A DNA stretch of 64,000 nt, taken from positions 28-64,027 of IMG/VR virus record IMGVR_UViG_3300032281_001326; one strand, given 5' to 3'. The position numbers were made by a program, and so were the translations under genes. Below, one piece after another: positions 1 through 7,979 of this stretch. Origin of the DNA: a virus. Lineage: Duplodnaviria; Caudoviricetes. Under the pieces are notes generated by a model. That model had not been told where the DNA came from. It was given only the letters and a program-made list of their open reading frames with translations, and did not search any database. Each line of letters begins with the position of its first letter. Position 1 is the stretch's first letter.

Positions 1-97
1 TTTTTTTCATCTCCATCCAAGAATCTGGATTTTTCGGGGTAATCGTGCAAGATGTAAAAATAATACAACCCATCAACAACAAAAATATTTTTTTCAT
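1..97 (-). CDS. Putative lipoprotein, runs off the left window edge (not in ORF track)
   Basis: Manual translation from ATG at 97: MKKIFLLLMGCIIFTSCTITPKNPDSWMEMKK..., a basic N-terminus, hydrophobic core and lipobox-like FTS-C. Confidence 0.6.
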   Translation of the reverse strand, partial: MKKIFLLLMGCIIFTSCTITPKNPDSWMEMKK

Positions 98-131
98 ATT
101 TATACTTATCATAATAAAAACGTTTCATGGT

Positions 132-344
132 TTATCGATGAATTAAGAATGCTTTTGTTTTTAAAAGTTCTTCTTCTTTGCAGTCATCATATTCTCCGTA
201 ATACCATGCTCTTTTAAATGGGCCACATACATCAAAATACTTTATTCCAACAGGTATAGCATAACCACCTTCATATCCATCCACTAAAACAATAGTATCT
301 GGATCTAGTTTTTGTAGTTGTTCAATTAATTCTTTAGCTTTCAT
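132..344 (-). CDS. Hypothetical phage protein
   Basis: 70-aa ORF, co-oriented and overlapping the ligase stop, operon-like packing. Confidence 0.65.
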   Translation of the reverse strand: MKAKELIEQLQKLDPDTIVLVDGYEGGYAIPVGIKYFDVCGPFKRAWYYGEYDDCKEEELLKTKAFLIHR

Positions 345-1419
345 AGTTTTGATTTATAAGTTTTGTCCACTGTTCTTTGGCTATTATTTTACCATCTAAG
401 ACGGAAAATACAAATGAAGAATTTTCTTTAAAATTTCTTTTGATCATTAGTGCCTGTTCTTTTCTGGTTTCTACTGTTCTTATATCATGCACTACCTCTA
501 GGATATGATCAATATATTTTTTTGCTTTCTCTCCTGCTTCACAAATTTTCTCAAGTTCTTCTTTTAATTGCACAGCAATTTCGTAGTCAAATTCAGTTTC
601 AATTATTTTATAGAAATCTTCAGAAGAAGGCATTTGTTTTTCTATATAGAATTCAATAAGGTTATTTTTTGAACTTAGTTGGGACTTTACCCTGTGGCAA
701 AATAAATACCAGTCTGATTTTAATTTTATTCTATTTTGTCCATTATTATAAGAAACAACAATGCCCTCCTTGCCTTTCCAAAATTTTATACTTTCAGCGA
801 TTTTGGGAAGATCATTAGTATCTAAAAAATTATAAAGTTGAGGTACAGGAATTGGTCCAATCTTTCTCCATATTTCTAATAAATCAGAAGAAGAAACAAT
901 TTCCATATTGTTTTTATTAATCGCACCCAAGAGATAAAATTCTATTTGTGGTGATCTAATAACTATTACATTATTAGGAGTTACGATCTCAAACAATAAA
1001 CTAAGATGTTGGTTTTCTTTTAAAAACTCAACTATAGCTGGATACTTTTGAGGGAGTAATTCAAAATCTTCTGCATTCTCTTGAGTAATATAACTTACAG
1101 TTCCCCTAGTTCTCATGGAGAATTTATCATTTACAAAATCAGCAATTAAAAGAGATCCATCTTTTTTCTCTTCGTATTTCCAATCATTATATTGTTCGGG
1201 ATTTGGATAACAATCCTCTTTCTCGCCATGATTAAAAAATTTAGGAAATCCGCACGACAAAACATTGCCTTCTTTATCAGTAATTAAAGATCTAAAAAAT
1301 AAATTATCCTTGCTCCATTTTGCATCTATCTGCGGAGTTATTAAGCGACAATCTAATCCGCAAAATTTACCTGCCGAAATATTAAAATTACTTTCTTTAA
1401 AAAGTATCTCAATTTTCAT
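334..1419 (-). CDS. RNA ligase, T4 Rnl1-like
   Basis: Nucleotidyltransferase motifs KxDGS (EKKDGSL), FPKFFN, FEIVTP, EGIVV, KLKSDWY; start placed at ATG 1419 (ATGA overlap with upstream stop; ORF track start 1443). Confidence 0.88.
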   Translation of the reverse strand: MKIEILFKESNFNISAGKFCGLDCRLITPQIDAKWSKDNLFFRSLITDKEGNVLSCGFPKFFNHGEKEDCYPNPEQYNDWKYEEKKDGSLLIADFVNDKFSMRTRGTVSYITQENAEDFELLPQKYPAIVEFLKENQHLSLLFEIVTPNNVIVIRSPQIEFYLLGAINKNNMEIVSSSDLLEIWRKIGPIPVPQLYNFLDTNDLPKIAESIKFWKGKEGIVVSYNNGQNRIKLKSDWYLFCHRVKSQLSSKNNLIEFYIEKQMPSSEDFYKIIETEFDYEIAVQLKEELEKICEAGEKAKKYIDHILEVVHDIRTVETRKEQALMIKRNFKENSSFVFSVLDGKIIAKEQWTKLINQNYES

Positions 1420-1973
1420 TCGATTTCGTCCTCTGGGGTCCAAATTTTTCCAATTCCCAAGATTTTATTTTTCCAATTGCGGACATGCGTTTCGAGGTCT
1501 TCTTTTAGGATATCAGAAGCCAGCCTTAGGATTCTTAGGTTTGGCCATGCTACTGGTCTTGCTTTTAAGATTTCAGAAAGTGAATTTTCTATTGTTCTTC
1601 CGGACATAAACAGAGCAATTATTCCAATCGCGGTTGATCTGGACATACCGGCGAAACAATTAACTCCGAGACTGTGAGGTTTATCATTTTCGGCAAATGG
1701 CTTTAGGAATGTAATAATATTTTGAATATGTCTGCTTTGGGGAGCATCTGCTTCTAGGTGCTTCCATTGAATGCCGTCTTCGTCCGACCAATCTGCGAAA
1801 AACTGATGAAAGTGTTTTACTTTCTTTTCGTCAAAATTTTTACGCATTCTGTTGATTTGTTTTCTGTCTTCTTGTCCAACGGCAGAAACCCAAATATCAT
1901 ACTCCGTATTATTTTTATTAAAACTATAGCTTTCAGCTTCTGCCAAGTTAGTGATTTTAATTTTATTAATCAT
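1416..1973 (-). CDS. Cys-based (PTP/dual-specificity-like) phosphatase
   Basis: CX5R loop VNCFAGMSRSTA plus downstream PNLRILRLA segment. Confidence 0.82.
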   Translation of the reverse strand: MINKIKITNLAEAESYSFNKNNTEYDIWVSAVGQEDRKQINRMRKNFDEKKVKHFHQFFADWSDEDGIQWKHLEADAPQSRHIQNIITFLKPFAENDKPHSLGVNCFAGMSRSTAIGIIALFMSGRTIENSLSEILKARPVAWPNLRILRLASDILKEDLETHVRNWKNKILGIGKIWTPEDEIE

Positions 1974-2686
1974 TCGATATATTGATATATTTCATTTATA
2001 TCCAGAAGTCTATGTGTGCAATCAACTTGTTTTTCGGTCCAACTGGAGTGAAAATGTCCATACAAATGAAGTCTAGGTTTGCATATTTTAAATATTTCAT
2101 CCATTACTGATCGTTCATCTGTAAGATCTTCTAATAAATAAGTATCTTCTTTAGCCCAACCATAAACCATTTCGTTAAATTGTTGAGGAAAACACCAAGA
2201 GGGGGCGGTATGAGTTACAAGAATATCAACTTTTTGGCACTTATCTTTATCAAATACCAGTTTTTCATCTTTCCAATAAGATATTCCTTCTTTTCTTCCC
2301 GTACGGTCAATAGATGTAGCCCCGCCGATAAATTGAATAAGTTTAGAATTGTATTGGCAAACCGAGTAATCTTCGATTAATTCAAAATTACTCAAACTTA
2401 TTTTGTTCTCTACATTATAATAGTAGGGGTCATCGTGGTTGCCCCTAATAGACATGAATGTAATATTTTTATTTTTAAATTCATCATTCAAATAGTTTAT
2501 CGTTTTTATTTGATTTATGTTATCGATAAATCCTATTCCTGAATCTCCCACGCTAATAAGATAACAATCGCTTATTTTCTTATATTCTATAATGCCAAGC
2601 AATTGAGTCCAAGCTCCATGATGATCCCCCAAAAATAAAATAGGCTTTTCTTTGTCTAAAATTTTAATTTCACCACTCATCTTCAT
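1970..2686 (-). CDS. Calcineurin-like metallophosphoesterase
   Basis: Motifs GDHHG, VGDSG, RGNHD, THTAP, GHFH in order. Confidence 0.9.
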   Translation of the reverse strand: MKMSGEIKILDKEKPILFLGDHHGAWTQLLGIIEYKKISDCYLISVGDSGIGFIDNINQIKTINYLNDEFKNKNITFMSIRGNHDDPYYYNVENKISLSNFELIEDYSVCQYNSKLIQFIGGATSIDRTGRKEGISYWKDEKLVFDKDKCQKVDILVTHTAPSWCFPQQFNEMVYGWAKEDTYLLEDLTDERSVMDEIFKICKPRLHLYGHFHSSWTEKQVDCTHRLLDINEIYQYIE

Positions 2687-2960
2687 CGTTTCTTTCTTCT
2701 ATGAATTTCTTTTCTTCTTCTATTTTTTCAACCAAAATCTCTTTTAATTTTTTCAATGCTTCATCATAAGATAAACATTCTATATCTTCAAAATCGTGTA
2801 AAATGTAACCATGGTGTTGGACTGTATAAACAGGAGAAAGTCCATAGCTCCACTTTGTTTCTATATACCAATGACAGTCTCTGTCTTTATGGTGATCTTT
2901 GCCTATGAGGTGATACCACTCATCGGTTAATTTTGTAATTTCACTTATAAGACAGTCCAT
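2670..2960 (-). CDS. Hypothetical phage protein
   Basis: 96-aa ORF overlapping its neighbours in the operon. Confidence 0.6.
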   Translation of the reverse strand: MDCLISEITKLTDEWYHLIGKDHHKDRDCHWYIETKWSYGLSPVYTVQHHGYILHDFEDIECLSYDEALKKLKEILVEKIEEEKKFIEERNDEDEW

Positions 2961-3183
2961 GTGATTCTAAATATTCAGTAAACATTAATTCAATATCGGC
3001 ATCTTCGTTATAGATGTAATCAAATAACCAATCATCTAGACTATTATCTTTCAAATTTAAATCATTAAATAATTCCGCGTAATACTTTTCTTGTACTATT
3101 CGCAATTCATTAATGAATGTTTTAGCTTTGTTGATGGCGTCATCTGGATGTTGTCCTGATTTTGTGTAGTGTTTTTTATTCAT
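2941..3183 (-). CDS. Hypothetical phage protein
   Basis: 80-aa ORF overlapping its neighbours in the operon. Confidence 0.6.
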   Translation of the reverse strand: MNKKHYTKSGQHPDDAINKAKTFINELRIVQEKYYAELFNDLNLKDNSLDDWLFDYIYNEDADIELMFTEYLESHGLSYK

Positions 3184-3928
3184 GGTTTGATTTGTAAGGT
3201 TCCTCTACAATCACATAATATGTTCCAGCAACGTCTTCTATTCTGGTTTTGTTTCCCGTGGGCAAAGGTTTCTTTTTAAAAGAAGAATATACTATATCCC
3301 ATGCCTTTTCATAATCTTTATTATTCATTGCCTTCCTCATGGATTCTTGCTTACCTTGAGGTATTCTGAATTCTTTTTGAGGTTTCCAATATCCCTTAAT
3401 TGAATCTAGAAATTTAGGGGCAGGTATACCGGATATTTCTAAAGGACCATCACCGGAGACATCACATATGCGTCTCATTCCACCATTTCGTTGATAATGT
3501 AAATATTGTTCAATTGCCTTTTTGATCTCCCAAGCAACTGTACCATCCTTCATTTCTTCACACCCTACGCCAAACGAGGAATTTAGATGTTCTAAATGAG
3601 GTCTGTTTTTTTTACTCTTCCACTCGTCACTTTCTTTTATAATGGTTCCATTGTCATCGTATGTATTATTGTACATATCATAGAATCCACCATGCCCGTC
3701 ATATTCTCTGTTTGGGGTAGGAGGAAAAATAATGAACCTAACACTGTTTTCAATAAATTGACCCTCTTCGTAAGTAATATTTATATCCCCAAAAGCTTGA
3801 CCGATCGCCATTTTAATTTGACCCGAGCGGAGACGACTATAAACCTCTAAAGCAGTTGTCAGAGTTGAAAGGTGTCTCTCGTCAAACTCGATTAATACTT
3901 TTTCGGAATCTATTTTTTTCTTTTTCAT
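3176..3928 (-). CDS. Hypothetical phage protein
   Basis: ~250-aa ORF; ATG at 3928 preferred over TTG 3937 because the promoter -10 box lies at 3941-3946. Confidence 0.7.
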   Translation of the reverse strand: MKKKKIDSEKVLIEFDERHLSTLTTALEVYSRLRSGQIKMAIGQAFGDINITYEEGQFIENSVRFIIFPPTPNREYDGHGGFYDMYNNTYDDNGTIIKESDEWKSKKNRPHLEHLNSSFGVGCEEMKDGTVAWEIKKAIEQYLHYQRNGGMRRICDVSGDGPLEISGIPAPKFLDSIKGYWKPQKEFRIPQGKQESMRKAMNNKDYEKAWDIVYSSFKKKPLPTGNKTRIEDVAGTYYVIVEEPYKSNHE

Positions 3929-3940
3929 TATAACCAAGTG

Positions 3941-3969
3941 ACTATAATCTTAGTTTTAGAATTTGTCAA
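3941..3969 (-). promoter_or_regulatory. Sigma70-type promoter TTGACA-N17-TATAGT
   Basis: Perfect -35, near-consensus -10, 17-nt spacer, intergenic. Confidence 0.85.
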
Positions 3970-4013
3970 TTGTTTTGTGACTAATATCTATAATTAAATT
4001 TTGATATATAAAG

Positions 4014-4469
4014 TGGAGGCGAGGGGAGTCGAACCCCTGTCTTTATTTTTTACGCTAAAAGGTCGTTACATGTTTGGGTATATTTAACATTTTAGCTATC
4101 TTACGATAACGAAGACAAAAGGCTGTTTGGTTATACTAACCGAGTTTTGTGTCTGCCTATATGTGTGATTAAAGACCACATATCGCCTCTGTGTATTTTT
4201 TTCTATGATCTCTAACAGTTCATCAAAACCTCTGCGTTTCAAAATAGTTTTAGAGGATCCACTATTAGGCTCTTAGGCTGCGAGTTCGTACTCGTCCTCA
4301 CAACCAACGAGGAACTCGTCGGCGTGATTGATGATGTACTCAGCTTCAGCTAGGAGATCAGAAGTATCGTCTTCTGCATTTAGTTTTTTAATCGATTTTT
4401 AAAGAGGCCATCGATTAACCTCTACATGCGTTTTTAGTTTCATAAATAAATCGAAACCAGTGCGCCCCC
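4014..4469 (-). ncRNA. ssrA: tmRNA (one-piece, 456 nt); tag (A)AEDDTSDLLAEAEYIINHADEFLVGCEDEYELAA*
   Basis: Acceptor stem GGGGGCG/CGCCTCC-A with G3:U70; T-arm GGGGTTCGACTCCCC; pk1 GAGG/CCTC plus TTAATCGAT/ATCGATTAA; resume codon GCA after CTAAAT; tag ORF 4273-4377 ends LAA-TAA; CCA not fully encoded. Confidence 0.96.
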
Positions 4470-4474
4470 AAATT

Positions 4475-4722
4475 TCAAAGATCATTACCACTGATTTGCA
4501 TTGCTGGCTCAATGGTCAAGCCTCTGTAGCATTTCTATCTCTGATAGAACATAAATGTAAATGAGGCGTTTACCCGCGACGCCTCTGGCTAAACCGCGTC
4601 TAAAAAGACTGTCGGCTACTTTACGGTCTCGCCTGATTAGTAAAAATATTCATTGGCTACCGGGTTTTTAACCCGTTGGGCGAATAATTTTTATTATCCC
4701 TGCCTAATCGGGACTAATCTAT
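4475..4722 (-). ncRNA. Candidate structured non-coding RNA of unknown family, upstream of tmRNA
   Basis: No ORF of 60 aa or more; locally GC-richer; at least 7 stems (4506-4522, 4533-4549, 4563-4585, 4587-4633, 4661-4675, 4697-4713, 4635-4641 with 4713-4719); promoter-like element just upstream. Confidence 0.6.
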
Positions 4723-4728
4723 ATTAGA

Positions 4729-4756
4729 TATATACACTTTTGTTTTTAAAAGTCAA
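4729..4756 (-). promoter_or_regulatory. Possible promoter TTGACT-N16-TATATA for the ncRNA/tmRNA transcript
   Basis: Good -35, weaker -10; also contains the GTGTAT motif at 4732-4737. Confidence 0.5.
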
Positions 4757-4934
4757 ACTCTTTTATTAAGAGATGAGCTTCTTCTTCCAGCTCATTTAAA
4801 TCCAGCATTAGCTTAGTAGCCAAAAGCTCATTTTCATAAAAATGATCCAAGGTTTTATCCTTCATTGAAGCGATTGAGTCTATAATTTCACTTATTTCGG
4901 TTAAGTGACTATAATTGTCGGTTAATTCGCTCAT
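4746..4934 (-). CDS. Hypothetical acidic protein
   Basis: 62-aa ORF with ATG start. Confidence 0.55.
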   Translation of the reverse strand: MSELTDNYSHLTEISEIIDSIASMKDKTLDHFYENELLATKLMLDLNELEEEAHLLIKEFDF

Positions 4935-5057
4935 TTCTTTTTACACCAGAAGTCGTAATAACCTTGACCCCCCTTCTTTTTTAATTTGACTCCACTGTTT
5001 TTTTATTTTTTCATAATCTATAGAATTATTAGGAGAATTATTATTCATACTTAAATT

Positions 5058-5291
5058 TTATTCATCTGACACATCAGATAAATAATTGTTTTTTTTACTT
5101 TTTTGTTGTCTTTCTGCTTTTCTTTGCTTTTTTTGATCTTCTGAAAGAATCCCGAGAATTTCTTCCCTCCAGGTTCTGTTTGCTTCCCTCCTTGGAGGAG
5201 TTGCCTCTCCGGGCTTTGATTTCTTTTTAAGTTGTTCTCTCATTTCTTGCATAATAAGAGACTTGTTTGAGTGCCATACTCCTAGGTTCAT
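5058..5291 (-). CDS. Hypothetical basic protein (start may be 5252)
   Basis: 77-aa ORF, co-oriented with the operon. Confidence 0.5.
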   Translation of the reverse strand: MNLGVWHSNKSLIMQEMREQLKKKSKPGEATPPRREANRTWREEILGILSEDQKKQRKAERQQKSKKNNYLSDVSDE

Positions 5292-5310
5292 TTTTTTATT
5301 TTATTCTATT

Positions 5311-5910
5311 TTAATTGTTAAAGCTATTTCCGTACAAAAAATACTCTCCGACTTTTTTAAAGTTATTGCAATGTATAATTCTGTTTTCTTCCCATAATTT
5401 TGTATCTAATTCTAGATAAGATGATTCACTAGAGTCGTCTATTTCATTTATCAACAAATCTGCTTCTTTTTTTTCGCAAGCGAGTGAGAAAAGCGCCGCT
5501 TGTGATCTTAATTGATCAAAGGTTATATTTTTGTATATGATGGTCTTTTGATTTTCTTCGAAAAGATCTGTTAAATTTTTGACAGGGAATCCGACGCTTA
5601 CAATTTTTAAATTATTTTTCGTTAAGTTTTTAATAGAATTATTTAAAATACTTCTTGCTTCCTGATTTAGGAAAAGCCCGTTTATTAGAAAGTTAGTTTT
5701 CTTCTTTAAGAAAGTTAAGCATATTTTTTCAAATTCTTTTTTTACTAATTCTTCTGAATTTTTGTCTATTGGGATATAAGATCCAACTATTTTTTTTCTT
5801 ATTTTATGTAGCTCTATAAGCTTGTACTCTGCGTTTTCTTTTACAAATTGTTTACAAAACAAATTCTTTTTTACAGAAAGCGGTCCGTAGCAATATACTA
5901 ATAAGCTCAT
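5311..5910 (-). CDS. Degenerate P-loop kinase-fold protein (PNK/AAA_33-like), probably inactive
   Basis: Layout resembles PNK kinase domains (hhhhG-P-loop, LHKIRKKI, LINGLFLNQEAR) but the Walker A position reads GPLSVKKN. Confidence 0.45.
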   Translation of the reverse strand: MSLLVYCYGPLSVKKNLFCKQFVKENAEYKLIELHKIRKKIVGSYIPIDKNSEELVKKEFEKICLTFLKKKTNFLINGLFLNQEARSILNNSIKNLTKNNLKIVSVGFPVKNLTDLFEENQKTIIYKNITFDQLRSQAALFSLACEKKEADLLINEIDDSSESSYLELDTKLWEENRIIHCNNFKKVGEYFLYGNSFNN

Positions 5911-6707
5911 TATTCTTTAATAGAAATCTTTTTTTTGATTCTTTGAATTAGAGAAAAGATTGTCTTGTGTGGAATTTCATTTATAGAGGTCCAGTTTTCT
6001 GCCTCCGCAATTCCTTCTTTCACAAGAGTTTCTTTTATTTTATCAAAAGAAATATTCGCTTTAGCCATGGCGTCTTTTAAAACATTTGAGGGATGACTGG
6101 CTGATACTTGTGCTTCGACCCCGGACTCCGTATGAACGACGGTTTGATTCTTTGAATCGCCAAGTTCGTCGCTTCCAAGAATATTAATTCGCAAAAAGTT
6201 TCTGACAGATCTAACAAAAGCCCTATTTTCCGCGATAGCCATAAGAAAATCTTTTGCAAAGCTTTTTGTATTATCTAAATGCGCATCTGCAAGGGATTCA
6301 AATTCTACTTCTTTATTATTGGTTTCGAAGTTTGGGAGCCATGTTATCTTGCAGGAAACTGCAACGTGATTTTGAGTGCAGTTAAATACGTTGTATTGTA
6401 CCTTAGAATATCCTCTTAAATTTGCTAGATCTTTAATTCCGCCTAATAGGATTAAAAGTTGCGAGTCTTCTAGCTCATCAATATTTAGATTTTTATTTTC
6501 TGTTCCAGTTGGAAACTTTGAAAGATTGGGGACTAAATATTTTGAATCAATCATCTTGCGCCAATTTACAAGTCCATCATCTGTAAATTCATAACTTTTA
6601 TTTAAAAGTAGCCCGCTTTCATCTCTTTTAAATTTAAGCACGGGATTTTCCGAGCTTTGATTTTCGTTTTCTAGCTGAGGGTCTTCGTTTTTTTTATTCT
6701 TTGACAT
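5910..6707 (-). CDS. Putative single-strand annealing protein (Rad52/Sak-like fold)
   Basis: LLGGIKDLA...AVSCKITW...SLADA...AENRAFVRSVRNFLRI core plus small C-terminal helical domain. Confidence 0.5.
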   Translation of the reverse strand: MSKNKKNEDPQLENENQSSENPVLKFKRDESGLLLNKSYEFTDDGLVNWRKMIDSKYLVPNLSKFPTGTENKNLNIDELEDSQLLILLGGIKDLANLRGYSKVQYNVFNCTQNHVAVSCKITWLPNFETNNKEVEFESLADAHLDNTKSFAKDFLMAIAENRAFVRSVRNFLRINILGSDELGDSKNQTVVHTESGVEAQVSASHPSNVLKDAMAKANISFDKIKETLVKEGIAEAENWTSINEIPHKTIFSLIQRIKKKISIKE

Positions 6708-6721
6708 AATTTATTTTATAA

Positions 6722-7969
6722 TTAAATATTATATAAATAACAATTTTCTAATTCTTTACCTAGAGCTTTTAGGTCTTGTATGTCAGACAGGGGCTGAGTA
6801 AATTTATTTGTAGGTTTATTTTCTGATAGTGCGGCTCTCGATAAGAATACTTTGTTATTGGAGTAAATAATACGAGAACTTTTAAATATTGTCAAATTAT
6901 TAATTTTTTTATTAATATCTTCTGTTATGCATGTTTCCCAACTTGTTTGATTTAAAAAAGAAATTCCTTGAATATTCAAAAATTTAAATTTTAATTCGGA
7001 TACTTCTTCTTCTGAAAAGTTTTCTTTAATTAAAGCAACTTTAATGTTGAATCCTAGCTTTTTTGCATAATTAATAAATTCGATTGATTTACCAATTGAA
7101 TCTAATGAATTCTTTTCTATATGAAAAACAAAAGAAATGATATTTTCCTTTATTCTGTTATCTTTGAATTTCGCCAAATCGAACGGTCGAGAAGTAATAA
7201 TTCCGCACTTTCTTTTTAATAGGTTCATCAAAGCTGAATTAATATTGTGGTCAGATATATCTGAATCAAGATAATCAAATCTAATATTTAATGGAATTCC
7301 TGTTCCGTTATTTAATTCTATTAAATTGTCGGGCACAAATTCAGTTGAAAGTCTTGGGTAATTTTTGCCAAAAAAAAGTGATTCTAAGTTGTTATTCCGA
7401 GATAAGTCTATTTCTGGTATGGCTAGGGACATTTTTTCTAAAATTTCTTCTGGCTTGATTCTATCAATGCATCTATCTGGATCTTCTACTGCGTATTTTG
7501 GTTTTTTGCCTTCAAGCGGAGCCATTATTGTAAATTGCTTTCCGTTATTCCAATACGGACCCGCGACTTCTGGCTGTATCGTAGAATACAAACTTACAAG
7601 AGGTGTTCCAAAAGCTGAACTAACGTGGGTAGAAAAACTATCGTTTCCAATGAAAAAACTTGCATTTTTTAATACGAAGCATGTTTGATGGATATTAGTT
7701 TTACCTTGTAGATTTATACATTTAGACAAAGGAGCGTCTTTTTCTTCTCCTATTTGTATAATTTCAAACCCTGCCTTTTTTGTTTGCTCGTGTATGAAAT
7801 CTACAACATCTTGATAATATGAATAATTTTTTGATGCCATTCCGCTGCTCGGATGAATAACAATATATTTATTACTTGGGAGCGGATAATAAGATGTATA
7901 TATATATGGTTTTCCAAGTTTAGATGGGCTAATTCCGCAACTTAAACTATATTTTTCTAATAGGTGCAT
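6722..7969 (-). CDS. GT9 (heptosyltransferase-like) C-terminal domain plus unknown C-terminal region
   Basis: YIVIHP, NLQGKTNI, FFIGNDS..THVSSAFGTPLVSLY motifs; lacks the GT9 N-terminal domain. Confidence 0.8.
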   Translation of the reverse strand: MHLLEKYSLSCGISPSKLGKPYIYTSYYPLPSNKYIVIHPSSGMASKNYSYYQDVVDFIHEQTKKAGFEIIQIGEEKDAPLSKCINLQGKTNIHQTCFVLKNASFFIGNDSFSTHVSSAFGTPLVSLYSTIQPEVAGPYWNNGKQFTIMAPLEGKKPKYAVEDPDRCIDRIKPEEILEKMSLAIPEIDLSRNNNLESLFFGKNYPRLSTEFVPDNLIELNNGTGIPLNIRFDYLDSDISDHNINSALMNLLKRKCGIITSRPFDLAKFKDNRIKENIISFVFHIEKNSLDSIGKSIEFINYAKKLGFNIKVALIKENFSEEEVSELKFKFLNIQGISFLNQTSWETCITEDINKKINNLTIFKSSRIIYSNNKVFLSRAALSENKPTNKFTQPLSDIQDLKALGKELENCYLYNI

Positions 7970-7979
7970 TTTTTTTTTA

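Noticed and set aside
4014-4469. Intron or permutation explaining the long tmRNA
   Set aside because: The T-arm and acceptor stem are contiguous and in normal order; the extra length is largely explained by the long tag.
4475-4722. RNase P RNA, group I intron, 6S or tRNA identity for the structured RNA
   Set aside because: Lacks GAGGAAAGUCC and the 3' P4 strand, the P7 R/S pair, end-to-end 6S pairing and a cloverleaf/T-loop.
4964-5020. Plus-strand TTGACC/TTGACT boxes as antisense promoters
   Set aside because: No -10 box at 16-18 nt spacing.
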